From: Sandaracinaceae bacterium | GTDB lineage: Bacteria > Myxococcota_A > Polyangia > Polyangiales > Sandaracinaceae | Assembly: GCA_044220955.1 (NCBI GenBank) | Contig: JBGAQA010000013.1 | Span: forward strand, 45,306-109,305 | Direction of reading: 5' to 3' | Length of the DNA stretch: 64,000 nt | Shown: one piece after another, positions 1 to 10,469 of the stretch | Layout of the letters: each line of letters begins with the position of its first letter | How positions within the stretch are numbered: position 1 is the first letter of the stretch | Made by a program: the position numbers and the translations under genes | Notes under the pieces: generated by a model | Told to the model about the DNA's origin: nothing | Databases searched by the model: none | What the model saw: only the letters and a program-made list of their open reading frames with translations

Positions 1-201
1 GTGGGCCCGACATCGGTGCCGGTCACATCCCTCGCGGCGCCCATCGCGCCGGCCCTGGCGCATCCCCTGCACCCGCACCCCGCCCACGTGGCGCCTGCTT
101 CGGCCGTCGCTCCGACGCCGCCCCCGGCGCCCGCCTCGACGACCGCCGCCGCGCCGGAGCACCCGACGATCCGGGTGATCGATCCGTGGGACGATCCCTG
201 A
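1..201 (+). CDS. C-terminal Pro/Ala-rich tail of a protein starting upstream of the window (partial)
   Basis: Open from base 1 to TGA at 199-201; low-complexity Pro/Ala/His linker ending IRVIDPWDDP; convergent with argG. Confidence 0.55.
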   Translation: MGPTSVPVTSLAAPIAPALAHPLHPHPAHVAPASAVAPTPPPAPASTTAAAPEHPTIRVIDPWDDP

Positions 202-222
202 CGAGCGCTCCTCGACGGCGCC

Positions 223-1566
223 TCAGCGCTCGTCGCCCTCGATGGGCAGCGCGCTCAGCGGCTTCTCTGCCGCGAGCCGCTTCACGCTCGAGAGGTGGTG
301 CAGGATCAGGTCGCGGTTGTCGGTGACGGAGAGCGACTGCATCTCGAGCGCGCCGATGCGGTCCTCGGGCGTGAACGCGGGATCCCTGACCTTCTCCATC
401 GAGAGCTTGTCGGGCCCGTACGCCATGTGCTCGGCCACGGTGCTCACGATGGTGTAGTCGTCGCCGCGGCGCAGCTCGAGCTTGATCTGCCCGGTGATCG
501 AGGGCGCGACCCAGCGCGTGAGCGCGTCCTTGAGCATCATGGACTCGGGGTCGAACCACTTGCCCTCGTAGAGCAGGCGGCCGAGCCGACGGCCGAGCGT
601 CACGTACTGGTCGGTGGTCGACTCGTTGTGGATCGCCGAGAGCAGGCGCTCGTAGCAGACGTGCAAGAGCGCCATGCCGGGCGCCTCGTAGATGCCGCGG
701 CTCTTGGCGTCGATGACCCGGTTCTCGATCTGGTCGCTCATGCCCAGGCCGTGGCGGCCGCCGATGCGGTTGCACTCGAGGAAGAGCGGGAGCAGGCCCC
801 CGTGGTCCTTGCCGTTGACGGCGACGGGCAGGCCCTGCGCGAGCTCGATCGTCACCTCCTCGGGCTCGATCGCGACGCTCTTCTTCCAGTGCGCGAGGCC
901 CATGATGGGCTCGACGATCTGCATCGAGACGTCGAGGCGCTCGAGATCCTTGGCCTCGTGCGTCGCGCCGAGCACGTTCGCGTCGGTGGAGTAGGCCTTC
1001 TCGGTGCCCATCTTGTAGGGCAGGCCCACCTTTTCGAGGTACTCGCTCATCTCCTTGCGGCCGCCGAACGCCGACACGAACGCCTGGTCGAGCCAGGGCT
1101 TGTAGATGCGCAGGGCCGGGTTCACGAGGATCCCGTAGCGATAGAAGCGCTGGATGTCGTTGCCCTTGTGCGTCGAGCCGTCGCCGAAGACGTTCACGCC
1201 GTCCTCGCGCATGGCGCGCACGATCGCGGTGGAGGTGACGGCGCGGCCGAGCGGCGTGGTGTTGAAGTACTTCTTGCCGCCGACCCCGAGGTGGAACGCG
1301 CCGCACTGGATCGCGACGAGGCCCTCGCGCACCATCGCCTCGCGGCAGTCGATGATCCTGGCGGCCTTGGCGCCGTGCTCCATCGCGATCGGCGGGATCT
1401 CGTTCGGATCCTTCTCGTCGGGCTGCGCGAGGTCGGCCGTGTACGCGTGGACGTCGACGCCCTGCCGGCTCATCCACGCGACCGCGCAGCGGGTGTCGAG
1501 CCCGCCGGAGAACGCGATGCCGATCTTGGTGCCCTTCGGCGGGAGCTCACGATAGATGCGCGACAT
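223..1566 (-). CDS. argG: Argininosuccinate synthase (long, E. coli-type)
   Basis: [47 protein letters not shown] and [18 protein letters not shown] motifs. Confidence 0.97.
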   Translation of the reverse strand: MSRIYRELPPKGTKIGIAFSGGLDTRCAVAWMSRQGVDVHAYTADLAQPDEKDPNEIPPIAMEHGAKAARIIDCREAMVREGLVAIQCGAFHLGVGGKKYFNTTPLGRAVTSTAIVRAMREDGVNVFGDGSTHKGNDIQRFYRYGILVNPALRIYKPWLDQAFVSAFGGRKEMSEYLEKVGLPYKMGTEKAYSTDANVLGATHEAKDLERLDVSMQIVEPIMGLAHWKKSVAIEPEEVTIELAQGLPVAVNGKDHGGLLPLFLECNRIGGRHGLGMSDQIENRVIDAKSRGIYEAPGMALLHVCYERLLSAIHNESTTDQYVTLGRRLGRLLYEGKWFDPESMMLKDALTRWVAPSITGQIKLELRRGDDYTIVSTVAEHMAYGPDKLSMEKVRDPAFTPEDRIGALEMQSLSVTDNRDLILHHLSSVKRLAAEKPLSALPIEGDER

Positions 1567-1612
1567 GCGCGCGGATATGACACGAAACAGACGCTCCAGC
1601 GCGTGAATCTAA

Positions 1613-1897
1613 AGCGTTCGCGAGATCCGGGGCGCGAAGGGTTGGACACAGGTTCGGCTCGCCGCCGACGCTGGGCTCGCTCGGGCGACGATCGCGACCA
1701 TCGAGGCCGGGCACGACGTGCCTTCGCTCGACACGCTCGAAGCGCTCGCGACGTCCCTGCACGTGCCGCCAGCGTCGCTCTTGCTCGATCCGAAGCGGAG
1801 CGCTCGGCACGCGCTGGCGGTAGCGGCGCTCACCGTGAGCGAGACCAGCGCGAAGAAGCTCGCCGAGCTGCTCGGCGCTGGCAAAGAGCCTCTGTGA
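1613..1897 (+). pseudogene. XRE/Cro-C1 helix-turn-helix regulator lacking an in-frame start (frameshifted or eroded)
   Basis: Manual translation: VREIRGAKGWTQVRLAADAGLARATIATIEAGHDVPSLDTLEALATSLHVPPASLL...; in-frame TAA at 1610-1612 just upstream; absent from the ORF track. Confidence 0.7.
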
Positions 1898-1924
1898 CCA
1901 TCGACGGCGTGCTAACCTGCGGGT

Positions 1925-2494
1925 GTGGGTGCCGCGATCGACCTGCGTGACGCGATGGGCGCGGAGCGTCGCCTGCTGTCCGGCGTCGAGTACGAGCAGC
2001 TCGTGGCGGTGGGCGCGTTCGAGGACGAGCAGGTCGAGCTGATCGAGGGGGAGATCTGGGAGATGAATCCCATCGGACCGGATCACGAGGAGAGCGTGGA
2101 TCGACTCTCCGCGCTCCTGCATCGCGTGCTGGGCGCGCGGGCTCGCGTCCGGACTCAGGGCTCGATCGCGATCGGTGCCCGCTCGATCCTCCAGCCGGAC
2201 GTCCTCGTTCTCGAGGAGCGCAGCTACGCGAAGGAGCGGCCGACGATGGCCTTCCTCGCGATCGAGGTCGCGGCGAGCTCTCTGCGTCGCGATCGCACGG
2301 TGAAGGCCGCCCTCTACGCGCAGGCCGGCATTCCCGAGTACTGGATCGTCAACCTCGCCGAGCGGACCGTCGAAGTGCGGACGAACGTCGTGTCGGGCTC
2401 GTATGCGTGCGAAGCGGTGTTCCGCACGGCGGAGACGATCACCCTGAAAGCGTTTCCGGACGTGTCGATCGCGGTCGCCCAATTCCTGCCGTGA
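1925..2494 (+). CDS. Uma2 family (DUF820) endonuclease-like protein
   Basis: VELIEGEI..M.PIGPDH, LQPDVLV, AIEVA.SSL..DR..KA.LYAQAGIPEYWIVNL. Confidence 0.9.
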   Translation: MGAAIDLRDAMGAERRLLSGVEYEQLVAVGAFEDEQVELIEGEIWEMNPIGPDHEESVDRLSALLHRVLGARARVRTQGSIAIGARSILQPDVLVLEERSYAKERPTMAFLAIEVAASSLRRDRTVKAALYAQAGIPEYWIVNLAERTVEVRTNVVSGSYACEAVFRTAETITLKAFPDVSIAVAQFLP

Positions 2495-2566
2495 GGCTTG
2501 CGCCGACGTCGCCGCGGATGCCTGACGGCATGAAGTCCATGCACGAGCACCTCGCGCTGCTCGGCG

Positions 2567-2905
2567 GTGTGTGGGTGCGGCGCTCGCACGGCGCCGGCAA
2601 GCGCCCCGACCGGTACGCTCACGCCGCAAGAGATCATGGCCGTCGTCCGAGGAAATCAGGCCGCCGTCCGCGGCTGTTACGAGCGGTCGCTGCAGCAAGA
2701 CTCCTTCCTGCGCGGGCGCGTCCAGGTCGCGTGGCGCGTCGGGCAGGGCGGGCACGTCCTCACCGCGCGGATCGACGAGAGCACGGTGGGCTCGCCCGCG
2801 GTCCAACGGTGCATCCTCGATGAGGTCACGTCGTGGGCGTTTCCCCGACCGCGCGGCGGCGAGGTCGACGTGGTGTTTCCGTTCGAGTTCGGTCCGCGTC
2901 AATGA
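2567..2905 (+). CDS. AgmX/PglI C-terminal (TonB-C-like) domain protein; start uncertain
   Basis: [11 protein letters not shown]....VRGCYERSL...L.GRV...W.V...G.V......V..CIL..V..W.FP.P.GGEV.V.FPF.F. Confidence 0.75.
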   Translation: MCGCGARTAPASAPTGTLTPQEIMAVVRGNQAAVRGCYERSLQQDSFLRGRVQVAWRVGQGGHVLTARIDESTVGSPAVQRCILDEVTSWAFPRPRGGEVDVVFPFEFGPRQ

Positions 2906-2951
2906 CGGCGAGCGCGGCGCCAGGTCGAGCGCGAGACCGAGAGCGCGGCGG

Positions 2952-3374
2952 TCAGTCGGAGCACACGGTCCGCGACGTGGTGGCCGTGCAGGAGATCACC
3001 GGCATCCCGGAGGCGTCGGTCGTCCGCACGGGAGCATCCGCGCAGGGCGTCTCGGTGAGGGTCGGGCACGCGTGGCTGCCGCCGCTCGGGTCGCCGTCGT
3101 AGCCGAACATCGAGAACGAGCCGTCGTGCCCGGCGACGTATCGGCGGACCTCGGAGTCGCGCCCGCGATCGTGCCAGCCGACCCGGAAGCCGCGACCCGC
3201 CGCGATCGCCGCCGCGGCGCAGTCGAGCGCCGGCGAGCGATCCGCACCGAGCGGCACGAGCCCGCAGTCGCTCGCGCCCTCGCCCGCGCGCGAGCCGATC
3301 GCGCCATCGATGTCGCAGAGGCACGCGCAGCCTGCGAGGAGGAGCGCCGACGCGAGCGCCAGCGGAGAGTGCAT
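2952..3374 (-). CDS. Small Cys-rich lipoprotein, hypothetical
   Basis: [16 protein letters not shown] lipobox; TACCAT 7 nt upstream of ATG; real C-terminal part of the 2952..4952 shadow ORF. Confidence 0.7.
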   Translation of the reverse strand: MHSPLALASALLLAGCACLCDIDGAIGSRAGEGASDCGLVPLGADRSPALDCAAAAIAAGRGFRVGWHDRGRDSEVRRYVAGHDGSFSMFGYDGDPSGGSHACPTLTETPCADAPVRTTDASGMPVISCTATTSRTVCSD

Positions 3375-3467
3375 CTCGGCGATGGTACTCTCGCTCTCTA
3401 CCCGTCGTCCTCGCCCCCGCCCGCGCGCAGCGGCTATGCTCCGCGCCTCACTCTCGGAGGCAGCACG

Positions 3468-4703
<1,236 letters not shown>

Positions 4704-4723
4704 ACGCGCTACGCTGCATCCCC

Positions 4724-4981
4724 GTGGCCAAGACGCAGTCGCCCGACACGCACGCAGCGGCCGAGGCGGTTCACCTCGAGCTGATGCGTCGCGCCGGGCC
4801 GGCGCGACGTGCGGCGCTCGCCATCCGCCTCTCCACGTCGACGATCCGCGCGTCGCGGCGGGCGATCGCGCGACGGCACCCCGAGCTCGACGAGCGTGGC
4901 GTGCAGCTGCTCTGGGCCGAGCTGCACTACGGCCCGTCCATCGCGGCCGCACTCCGGAAGCGGCTCGGACGCGACGCGTGA
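4724..4981 (+). CDS. Small helical protein, putative antitoxin (MenA1-like)
   Basis: 85 aa, GTG start, SPDTHAAAEAVHLELMRR...IARRHPELDE; overlaps the downstream nucleotidyltransferase (GTGA). Confidence 0.65.
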   Translation: MAKTQSPDTHAAAEAVHLELMRRAGPARRAALAIRLSTSTIRASRRAIARRHPELDERGVQLLWAELHYGPSIAAALRKRLGRDA

Positions 4982-5562
4982 CGGACGACCTTCGGGCCGC
5001 GCTCGATCCCGTCGCCGACGCGTTCGACGCGGTCGGTGTCGTCTATCGCATCGGCGGGTCCGTCGCGAGCTCGGCCCTCGGTGTGGCGCGGAGCTCGATC
5101 GACGTCGATCTCGTCGCAGACCTCCGGGTCGAGCACGTCGCGCCGCTCGTGCGGCGGCTCGGCGACGCGTACTACGCCGACGAGTCCATGATCCTCGATG
5201 CGATCCGGCTCCGCGACTCGTTCAACCTCATCCACCTCGAGACGATGATGAAGGTGGACGTCTTCGTGCTGAAGCAGCGCGCGTTCGACCGCGCCGCCTT
5301 CGCGCGCGTCGCGCACCAGACGCTCGGAGAAGGGGCGAGCGAGCGGACTTTCCCGCTCACCACGGCCGAGGACGTCGTGCTCCACAAGCTCGAGTGGTTC
5401 CGGCTCGGTGGCGGGGAGTCGCACCGTCAGTGGGAGGACATCTTGGGCGTGCTGAAGCTCCAGGGGACGGCGCTCGATCGCGTCCATCTCGATCGCTGGG
5501 CCCGCGACATCGGTGTGAGCGACCTGCTCGATCGAGCGCTGTCGGAGGCCGGTCTGGCTTGA
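4978..5562 (+). CDS. Nucleotidyltransferase (Pol-beta superfamily; MenT/AbiEii-like putative toxin)
   Basis: IGGSVAS...RSSIDVDLV, KVDVF, EDVVLHKL, RQWEDI motifs. Confidence 0.75.
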   Translation: MTDDLRAALDPVADAFDAVGVVYRIGGSVASSALGVARSSIDVDLVADLRVEHVAPLVRRLGDAYYADESMILDAIRLRDSFNLIHLETMMKVDVFVLKQRAFDRAAFARVAHQTLGEGASERTFPLTTAEDVVLHKLEWFRLGGGESHRQWEDILGVLKLQGTALDRVHLDRWARDIGVSDLLDRALSEAGLA

Positions 5563-5596
5563 ATTCCCGCGCTCTTTCGGGCGATCGTGCCGGCCC

Positions 5597-7810
5597 ATGA
5601 GCGCCGCTGCCCCTCCCTCGTCCGACGAAGCCGCCGCCGCCACCGGCGGTCTGACCGACCTCTCGCAGGTCCCCGAGGATCAGCGCGACGAGGAGTGGGT
5701 CAAGCAGTACTACCAGAAGGGCGTTCCGCAGCTGACCTGGCGCGCGGTGATCACCGGCGGGCTGCTCGGGATGCTGATGAGCCTCGCGAACCTCTACACG
5801 ACGCTGCACGTCGGGTGGTCGTTCGGCGTCGCCATCACCTCGGGCGTCCTCGCGTTCGCGATCTGGGGCGTGCTCGGGAGGATCCCCGGCCTCTCGCAGA
5901 TGACGCTGCTCGAGAACAACTGCATGCAGTCGGCGGCGTCGGCGGCCGGCTACTCGACGGGCGGGACGCTCGCGACGGCCGTCGGCGCGATGCTCCTGAT
6001 CGGGGGCGACGAAGATCGCCTCGGCTGGCTCCCGGTCGGCGCGTGGGTCTTTCTCACGGGCTGTCTCGGCGTCTTCCTCGCGATCCCGATGAAGCGGCAG
6101 ATGATCAACCAGGAGCAGCTGCCGTTTCCGTCGGGCATCGCCGCCGCCGCCACGCTGCGATCGCTCTACGCCAAGGGCCGCGAGTCGGTGCTCGCCGCGC
6201 GGGCGCTGATCGGCGCGATGGTGGTGGGCGCGATCCTCGCGTTCGTCCGCGACAAGCTCGCGTGGATCCCGGGCCTGGTGCCCTTCACGTTCCGCTTCTT
6301 CCGCGTGCGCGACACCGACTTCTCGGGCGACATGCTGATGGGCGTCGGGTTCGAGCCGAGCCTGCTGCTGATCGCGGCGGGCATGATCGTCGGCATCCGC
6401 GTGTGCACGTGGATGTTCGTCGGGTCCCTGCTCAACGTGACCGCGCTCATGCCCTACGCGCTCTCGCAGCCCGACTGGCACGAGGACGGGAAGACGTTCT
6501 TCGGACACGTCGAGACGGTCTCGCTCGGAACGACCTTCCCGGCCGGTAACGCCGAGGTGGACGGCGACGCGATCGGCGAGGTCGCGGCCCAGCTCAACGC
6601 GATCAGCTCGAGCGGCGCGATCGAGCTCCACGCCTTCGCGAACGCGGCCGAGCCCGAGGCCGAGCGCCTGGCACGCTCCCGGGCGTCAGCGGTCCGCGCC
6701 GCGCTCGAGGCGCACGGAGTGAGCTCGGACCGGATCACGATCGCCGAGCCCAGCGTCATCAGCGCGCGCGACGGCTCGCGGCGCGTCCTCTACTACGCCG
6801 GCAGCCGCCCGGTGACGCTCGCGGTGCGGGTCACGCGCTGGAGCCTCTGGTTCGGCACGGCGATGCTCGTCGCCTCCGGCCTCACGGCCTTCGCGCTCGG
6901 CTGGCGCACCATCCTCCGCGCGTTCCAGAAGCTCCGCCAGGCGCGCTCCGGAAAGAAGGAAGAGAGCGCGATCGACGCGCTCGAGGTCCCGACGAGCTGG
7001 TTCGTCTACGGCATGATCCCGATCACGATCGGCCTCGTCGCGCTCTGCTGGCTCTCGCTCCAGATCAACCCGATCCTCGGTGTCGTCTCGGTCGCGCTCT
7101 CGTTCTTCATCTCGCTCGTCGCGTGCCGCGCCACCGGCGAGACCGACACGACGCCCATCGGCCCGCTCGGCAAGATCACGCAGTTCATCTATGCCGTGCT
7201 CGCCCCCGCCAACACGACGGTGAACCTGATGACCGCCGGCATCACCTCGGGCGCGGCCGGCGCGTCGGCCGATCTGCTCACCGATCTCAAGAGCGGCTAC
7301 CTGCTCGGCGCGAACCCGCGCCAGCAGTTCATCGCGCAGGCGAGCGGCGTCATCTTCGGCACGCTCGCCGTCGTCCCGGCCTGGTACCTGATGGTCCCGG
7401 ACCGCGCGACGCTCGACGCGATCAACTCGCCGGCGACCAGCATGTGGTACGCGGTCGCGATGGCGCTCTCGCGCGGCGTCGAGTCGATCCCCGACAGCGC
7501 GCGCATGGCGATCGCGGTCGGAGCCGTCCTCGGCATCGTCATCGCGCTGGCCGAGGGCCTCGCGCCGAAGAACCTGAAGAAGTGGATCCCGAGCTCGATG
7601 GGCCTGGGCCTGGCGTTCGTCGTGAACTTCCAGAACTCGTTCTCCTTCTTCATCGGCGCGCTCATCACGCTCGTGTGGACCTACGCGCACAAGCAGTCGG
7701 CCGAGCGCTACGTGGTGCCCGCCGCCTCGGGCGCGATCGCCGGCGAGTCGATCACCGGCGCCGGCATCGCGATCTGGGACACCGTCGCCGGGCTCCTCGG
7801 CGCTGCGTGA
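5597..7810 (+). CDS. OPT family oligopeptide transporter with an inserted OmpA-like domain
   Basis: QLTWRAV, LLENNCMQSAASAAG, LPFPSG.AAA, GETDTTP, DLLTDLKSGYLLGANPRQQF, ASGAIAGES; many TM segments. Confidence 0.9.
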   Translation: MSAAAPPSSDEAAAATGGLTDLSQVPEDQRDEEWVKQYYQKGVPQLTWRAVITGGLLGMLMSLANLYTTLHVGWSFGVAITSGVLAFAIWGVLGRIPGLSQMTLLENNCMQSAASAAGYSTGGTLATAVGAMLLIGGDEDRLGWLPVGAWVFLTGCLGVFLAIPMKRQMINQEQLPFPSGIAAAATLRSLYAKGRESVLAARALIGAMVVGAILAFVRDKLAWIPGLVPFTFRFFRVRDTDFSGDMLMGVGFEPSLLLIAAGMIVGIRVCTWMFVGSLLNVTALMPYALSQPDWHEDGKTFFGHVETVSLGTTFPAGNAEVDGDAIGEVAAQLNAISSSGAIELHAFANAAEPEAERLARSRASAVRAALEAHGVSSDRITIAEPSVISARDGSRRVLYYAGSRPVTLAVRVTRWSLWFGTAMLVASGLTAFALGWRTILRAFQKLRQARSGKKEESAIDALEVPTSWFVYGMIPITIGLVALCWLSLQINPILGVVSVALSFFISLVACRATGETDTTPIGPLGKITQFIYAVLAPANTTVNLMTAGITSGAAGASADLLTDLKSGYLLGANPRQQFIAQASGVIFGTLAVVPAWYLMVPDRATLDAINSPATSMWYAVAMALSRGVESIPDSARMAIAVGAVLGIVIALAEGLAPKNLKKWIPSSMGLGLAFVVNFQNSFSFFIGALITLVWTYAHKQSAERYVVPAASGAIAGESITGAGIAIWDTVAGLLGAA

Positions 7811-7856
7811 CCCGGCTCGACGATCCGACGTGGGGCGCCTAGAGTCGCCGCCCATC

Positions 7857-9347
7857 ATGGACATCGTCCTCGTCGCTCCCGAGATCGCGCCCTACGCCAA
7901 GACCCTTCCCTCCGCCGAGTCCGTCGCGGCGCTCGCCAAGGCGCTGCGCACGCTCGGCCACAAAGTCAGCGTGATCTTGCCGCTCTGGGCCTCGATCGAC
8001 CCCTCGGCGCGGCACCTCGGGCGGCGTCTCACGAAGATCGAGGTCGAGATCGGCGGCGCCGCGACCCGCCTCTCGTTGCACGAGGGCCGCACCTCGGGCG
8101 GTGTGGACCTGCTCTTCCTCGGCAGCGACGACCACTTCCCCGCCGACGTCACGGCGGGCGACGAGGCGGAAGCGGCGAGCCTGCGCTGGGGCGTGTTCCT
8201 CCGCGGTGCGATGGAGCTGCTCCGGCGGCGCGAGAGCCGGCCCGACGTCGTGCACGTGCACGAGTGGCAGACGGCGCCGCTCGCGCTGATGCTGCGCGAG
8301 GACGCGGGGCTCTCGTCGATCCCGCGCGTCCTCTCGGTCTCCGCGATGGACGCGGTCGGCCGCTTCGAGCGGACGGCGCTGGCGCACTTCGGCATCGCGC
8401 CGGGCCTGTTCTCGATCGACGGCGTGGAGTTCTTCGGGAAGTTCTCGGCCCTCAAGGCCGGCCTGGTCGCGGCGGGTCGCATCGTGACGCCGGGTCCGGC
8501 GTTCCTGCGCGGGTTCCTCGAGCGCGGCGGCGGCGGCGGCCTCGAGGGCGTGCTCAAGTCGCGCGAGGGCGCGCTGGTCGGCATCGTGCCGGGCGTCGAC
8601 GCGTCCGTCTTCAACTCGGCGACCGACCCACACCTCACCACGCGCTTCGACGCGATGGACGTCGCCGGCGCAGGCACGTTCGGCAAGATGCGCTGCAAGG
8701 CCGCGCTCCAGCAGGAGCTCGGACTGCCTGTGAAGGCCGACGTGCCGCTCGCGGTCGTGCTCGGCAGGTCTGGGCCGCGCTCGGGGCTCGACCGCCTCGC
8801 CGAGATCGTCCCGACGCTCGCGCGCAACGACGTGCAGCTCGCCGTGATCGTCGACGACGCGGGGAGCACGGCCACCTCGCGGATCGCCGAGCTCGCGGGC
8901 CGCTTCGGCGATCGCATCGCGCTCCGCCTCGGCGCCGGCACGACCGACGACGTCGCGCTCGCGCACCGCGCGCTCGGCGCGGGCGACCTCGCCATCGTCG
9001 CGGCGCTCGAGGATCCGCGGACGACGCTGCAGATGGAGGCGCACCGCTACGCGACGCTCCCGGTCGGGCGCCGGATCGGCCTCATGGCCGACACCGTCGT
9101 CGACTGCGACGCGCAGCTGCGCTCGGGCGACGGCTTCACGTTCGAGGAGGCGACGAGCGAGGCGCTCCTCGGCGGGATCCAGCGTGCCATCGCGGGCTTC
9201 GCGCTCGGGGCGCCGTTTCGCGCCGCGCAGCTCCGCGCGATCGGCGCCGACCACGGCTGGGAGCGCCCGGCGCGCCTGCACGAGCGGGTGTACCGGCAGG
9301 CCGGCGCCGGTGCCGCGAGCACGAGCGCCGAGGCGCCCAGCGCCTGA
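7857..9347 (+). CDS. Glycogen/starch synthase-like GT5 protein with degenerate catalytic motifs
   Basis: Overall GlgA layout (PDVVHVHEWQTA, GVEFFGKFSALKAGL, K.ALQQELGL), but KTGG reads KTLP and FEPCG reads EDPRT. Confidence 0.8.
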   Translation: MDIVLVAPEIAPYAKTLPSAESVAALAKALRTLGHKVSVILPLWASIDPSARHLGRRLTKIEVEIGGAATRLSLHEGRTSGGVDLLFLGSDDHFPADVTAGDEAEAASLRWGVFLRGAMELLRRRESRPDVVHVHEWQTAPLALMLREDAGLSSIPRVLSVSAMDAVGRFERTALAHFGIAPGLFSIDGVEFFGKFSALKAGLVAAGRIVTPGPAFLRGFLERGGGGGLEGVLKSREGALVGIVPGVDASVFNSATDPHLTTRFDAMDVAGAGTFGKMRCKAALQQELGLPVKADVPLAVVLGRSGPRSGLDRLAEIVPTLARNDVQLAVIVDDAGSTATSRIAELAGRFGDRIALRLGAGTTDDVALAHRALGAGDLAIVAALEDPRTTLQMEAHRYATLPVGRRIGLMADTVVDCDAQLRSGDGFTFEEATSEALLGGIQRAIAGFALGAPFRAAQLRAIGADHGWERPARLHERVYRQAGAGAASTSAEAPSA

Positions 9348-9506
9348 TCGAGCGCTCGGCGCGCGAACGGCGGCCTCGACTCGAGCTCGCCGAGATCCGG
9401 CGCGGCGTGGTCCGCGGCGACCCGCGCTCGCGCGCCCCCGGATGCATGCGTCGGCGGGCCGCGCGGCGTCGTCCGCTCGGGCCTCGACGTGCCCACGCTG
9501 GCGGGC

Positions 9507-10436
9507 TCACGCGAGGAACACGTTCTCGGGAAGTCCGGCGGCGTCCCACGCTGCCGTTCCGGCGACGTAGAGCAAGAGCTCGCCCGTCCCGAGGTGGGTG
9601 AGCGTGATGCAGTCCATGCTGGTGAGGCCGCGGGCGACGCGCGGCGGGTAGAACACGCGCTGGAGCGCGGGCGCTGCGAGCATCAGCCCCTCGCGCACGC
9701 CCAGGATCCCCGAGGCCAGGCCCGTCGCGAGGACGAGCGCGCTGAGCGCGAGCAGCGCGTCCACGATCCGAAGCGCCGTCCGTGTGCCGTGCACGACGGG
9801 GTAGGTGGGGATGCCTTCCTTCCGGTCGCCCTCGAGGTCACGCAGGTCGTAGAGGATCTCGAACGTGATCTCGTAGAGGACGAAGAACAGGACGAGCGCG
9901 CCGACCGCCGTCCAGCGCATCGAGGGCGCCCACCCGTGCGCGGCGAGCGGGTAGCCGAAGCACGTGAGGACGAAGAGACAGGCCGACCCGAAGTTCTTGA
10001 AGAAGTAGAGCTCCTTGAGCCGCCGCATCCCGCGCGGCGTCGGCACGAGGCGGTAGTTGTAGGCCATCCCGATCGCCTGCACGGCGAGCCGGAGCGGCGT
10101 GATCTCCGGATGGAAGGCGTGCGTCGCGAACGACGCGACGAGCAGGGCGAAGCTCCCCGTCGCGACGGCGCGGCGCGAGGCGGCCACGCGCTCCGTCCCC
10201 TGGATGCCGTTCGCGAGATCCTCGTCGAGGTCGGTCACGCGGTTCAGCAGGTTGATGAGGAACCAGTCGAGCCCCGCGATCAGCGCGAGCGCGATGGAGC
10301 GCTCCCCCGTCATCAGCCACCCGAACACGATCGTCGCGGCCATCGCGATCAGCACGATGTGGTAGCGGACGATCGCGAGCGCGTCGGCGAGGAGCGACGT
10401 CTTCTTCCCGTTCACGGGCACGGGCACGGTGTACAC
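9507..10436 (-). CDS. UbiA family prenyltransferase
   Basis: NRVTDLDED and YDLRDLEGD Asp-rich motifs, RLKEL..FKN, multiple TM helices. Confidence 0.85.
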   Translation of the reverse strand: MYTVPVPVNGKKTSLLADALAIVRYHIVLIAMAATIVFGWLMTGERSIALALIAGLDWFLINLLNRVTDLDEDLANGIQGTERVAASRRAVATGSFALLVASFATHAFHPEITPLRLAVQAIGMAYNYRLVPTPRGMRRLKELYFFKNFGSACLFVLTCFGYPLAAHGWAPSMRWTAVGALVLFFVLYEITFEILYDLRDLEGDRKEGIPTYPVVHGTRTALRIVDALLALSALVLATGLASGILGVREGLMLAAPALQRVFYPPRVARGLTSMDCITLTHLGTGELLLYVAGTAAWDAAGLPENVFLA

Positions 10437-10469
10437 GAGCCCGCGGCGCGTCGGCTATCCTCGCGACCC

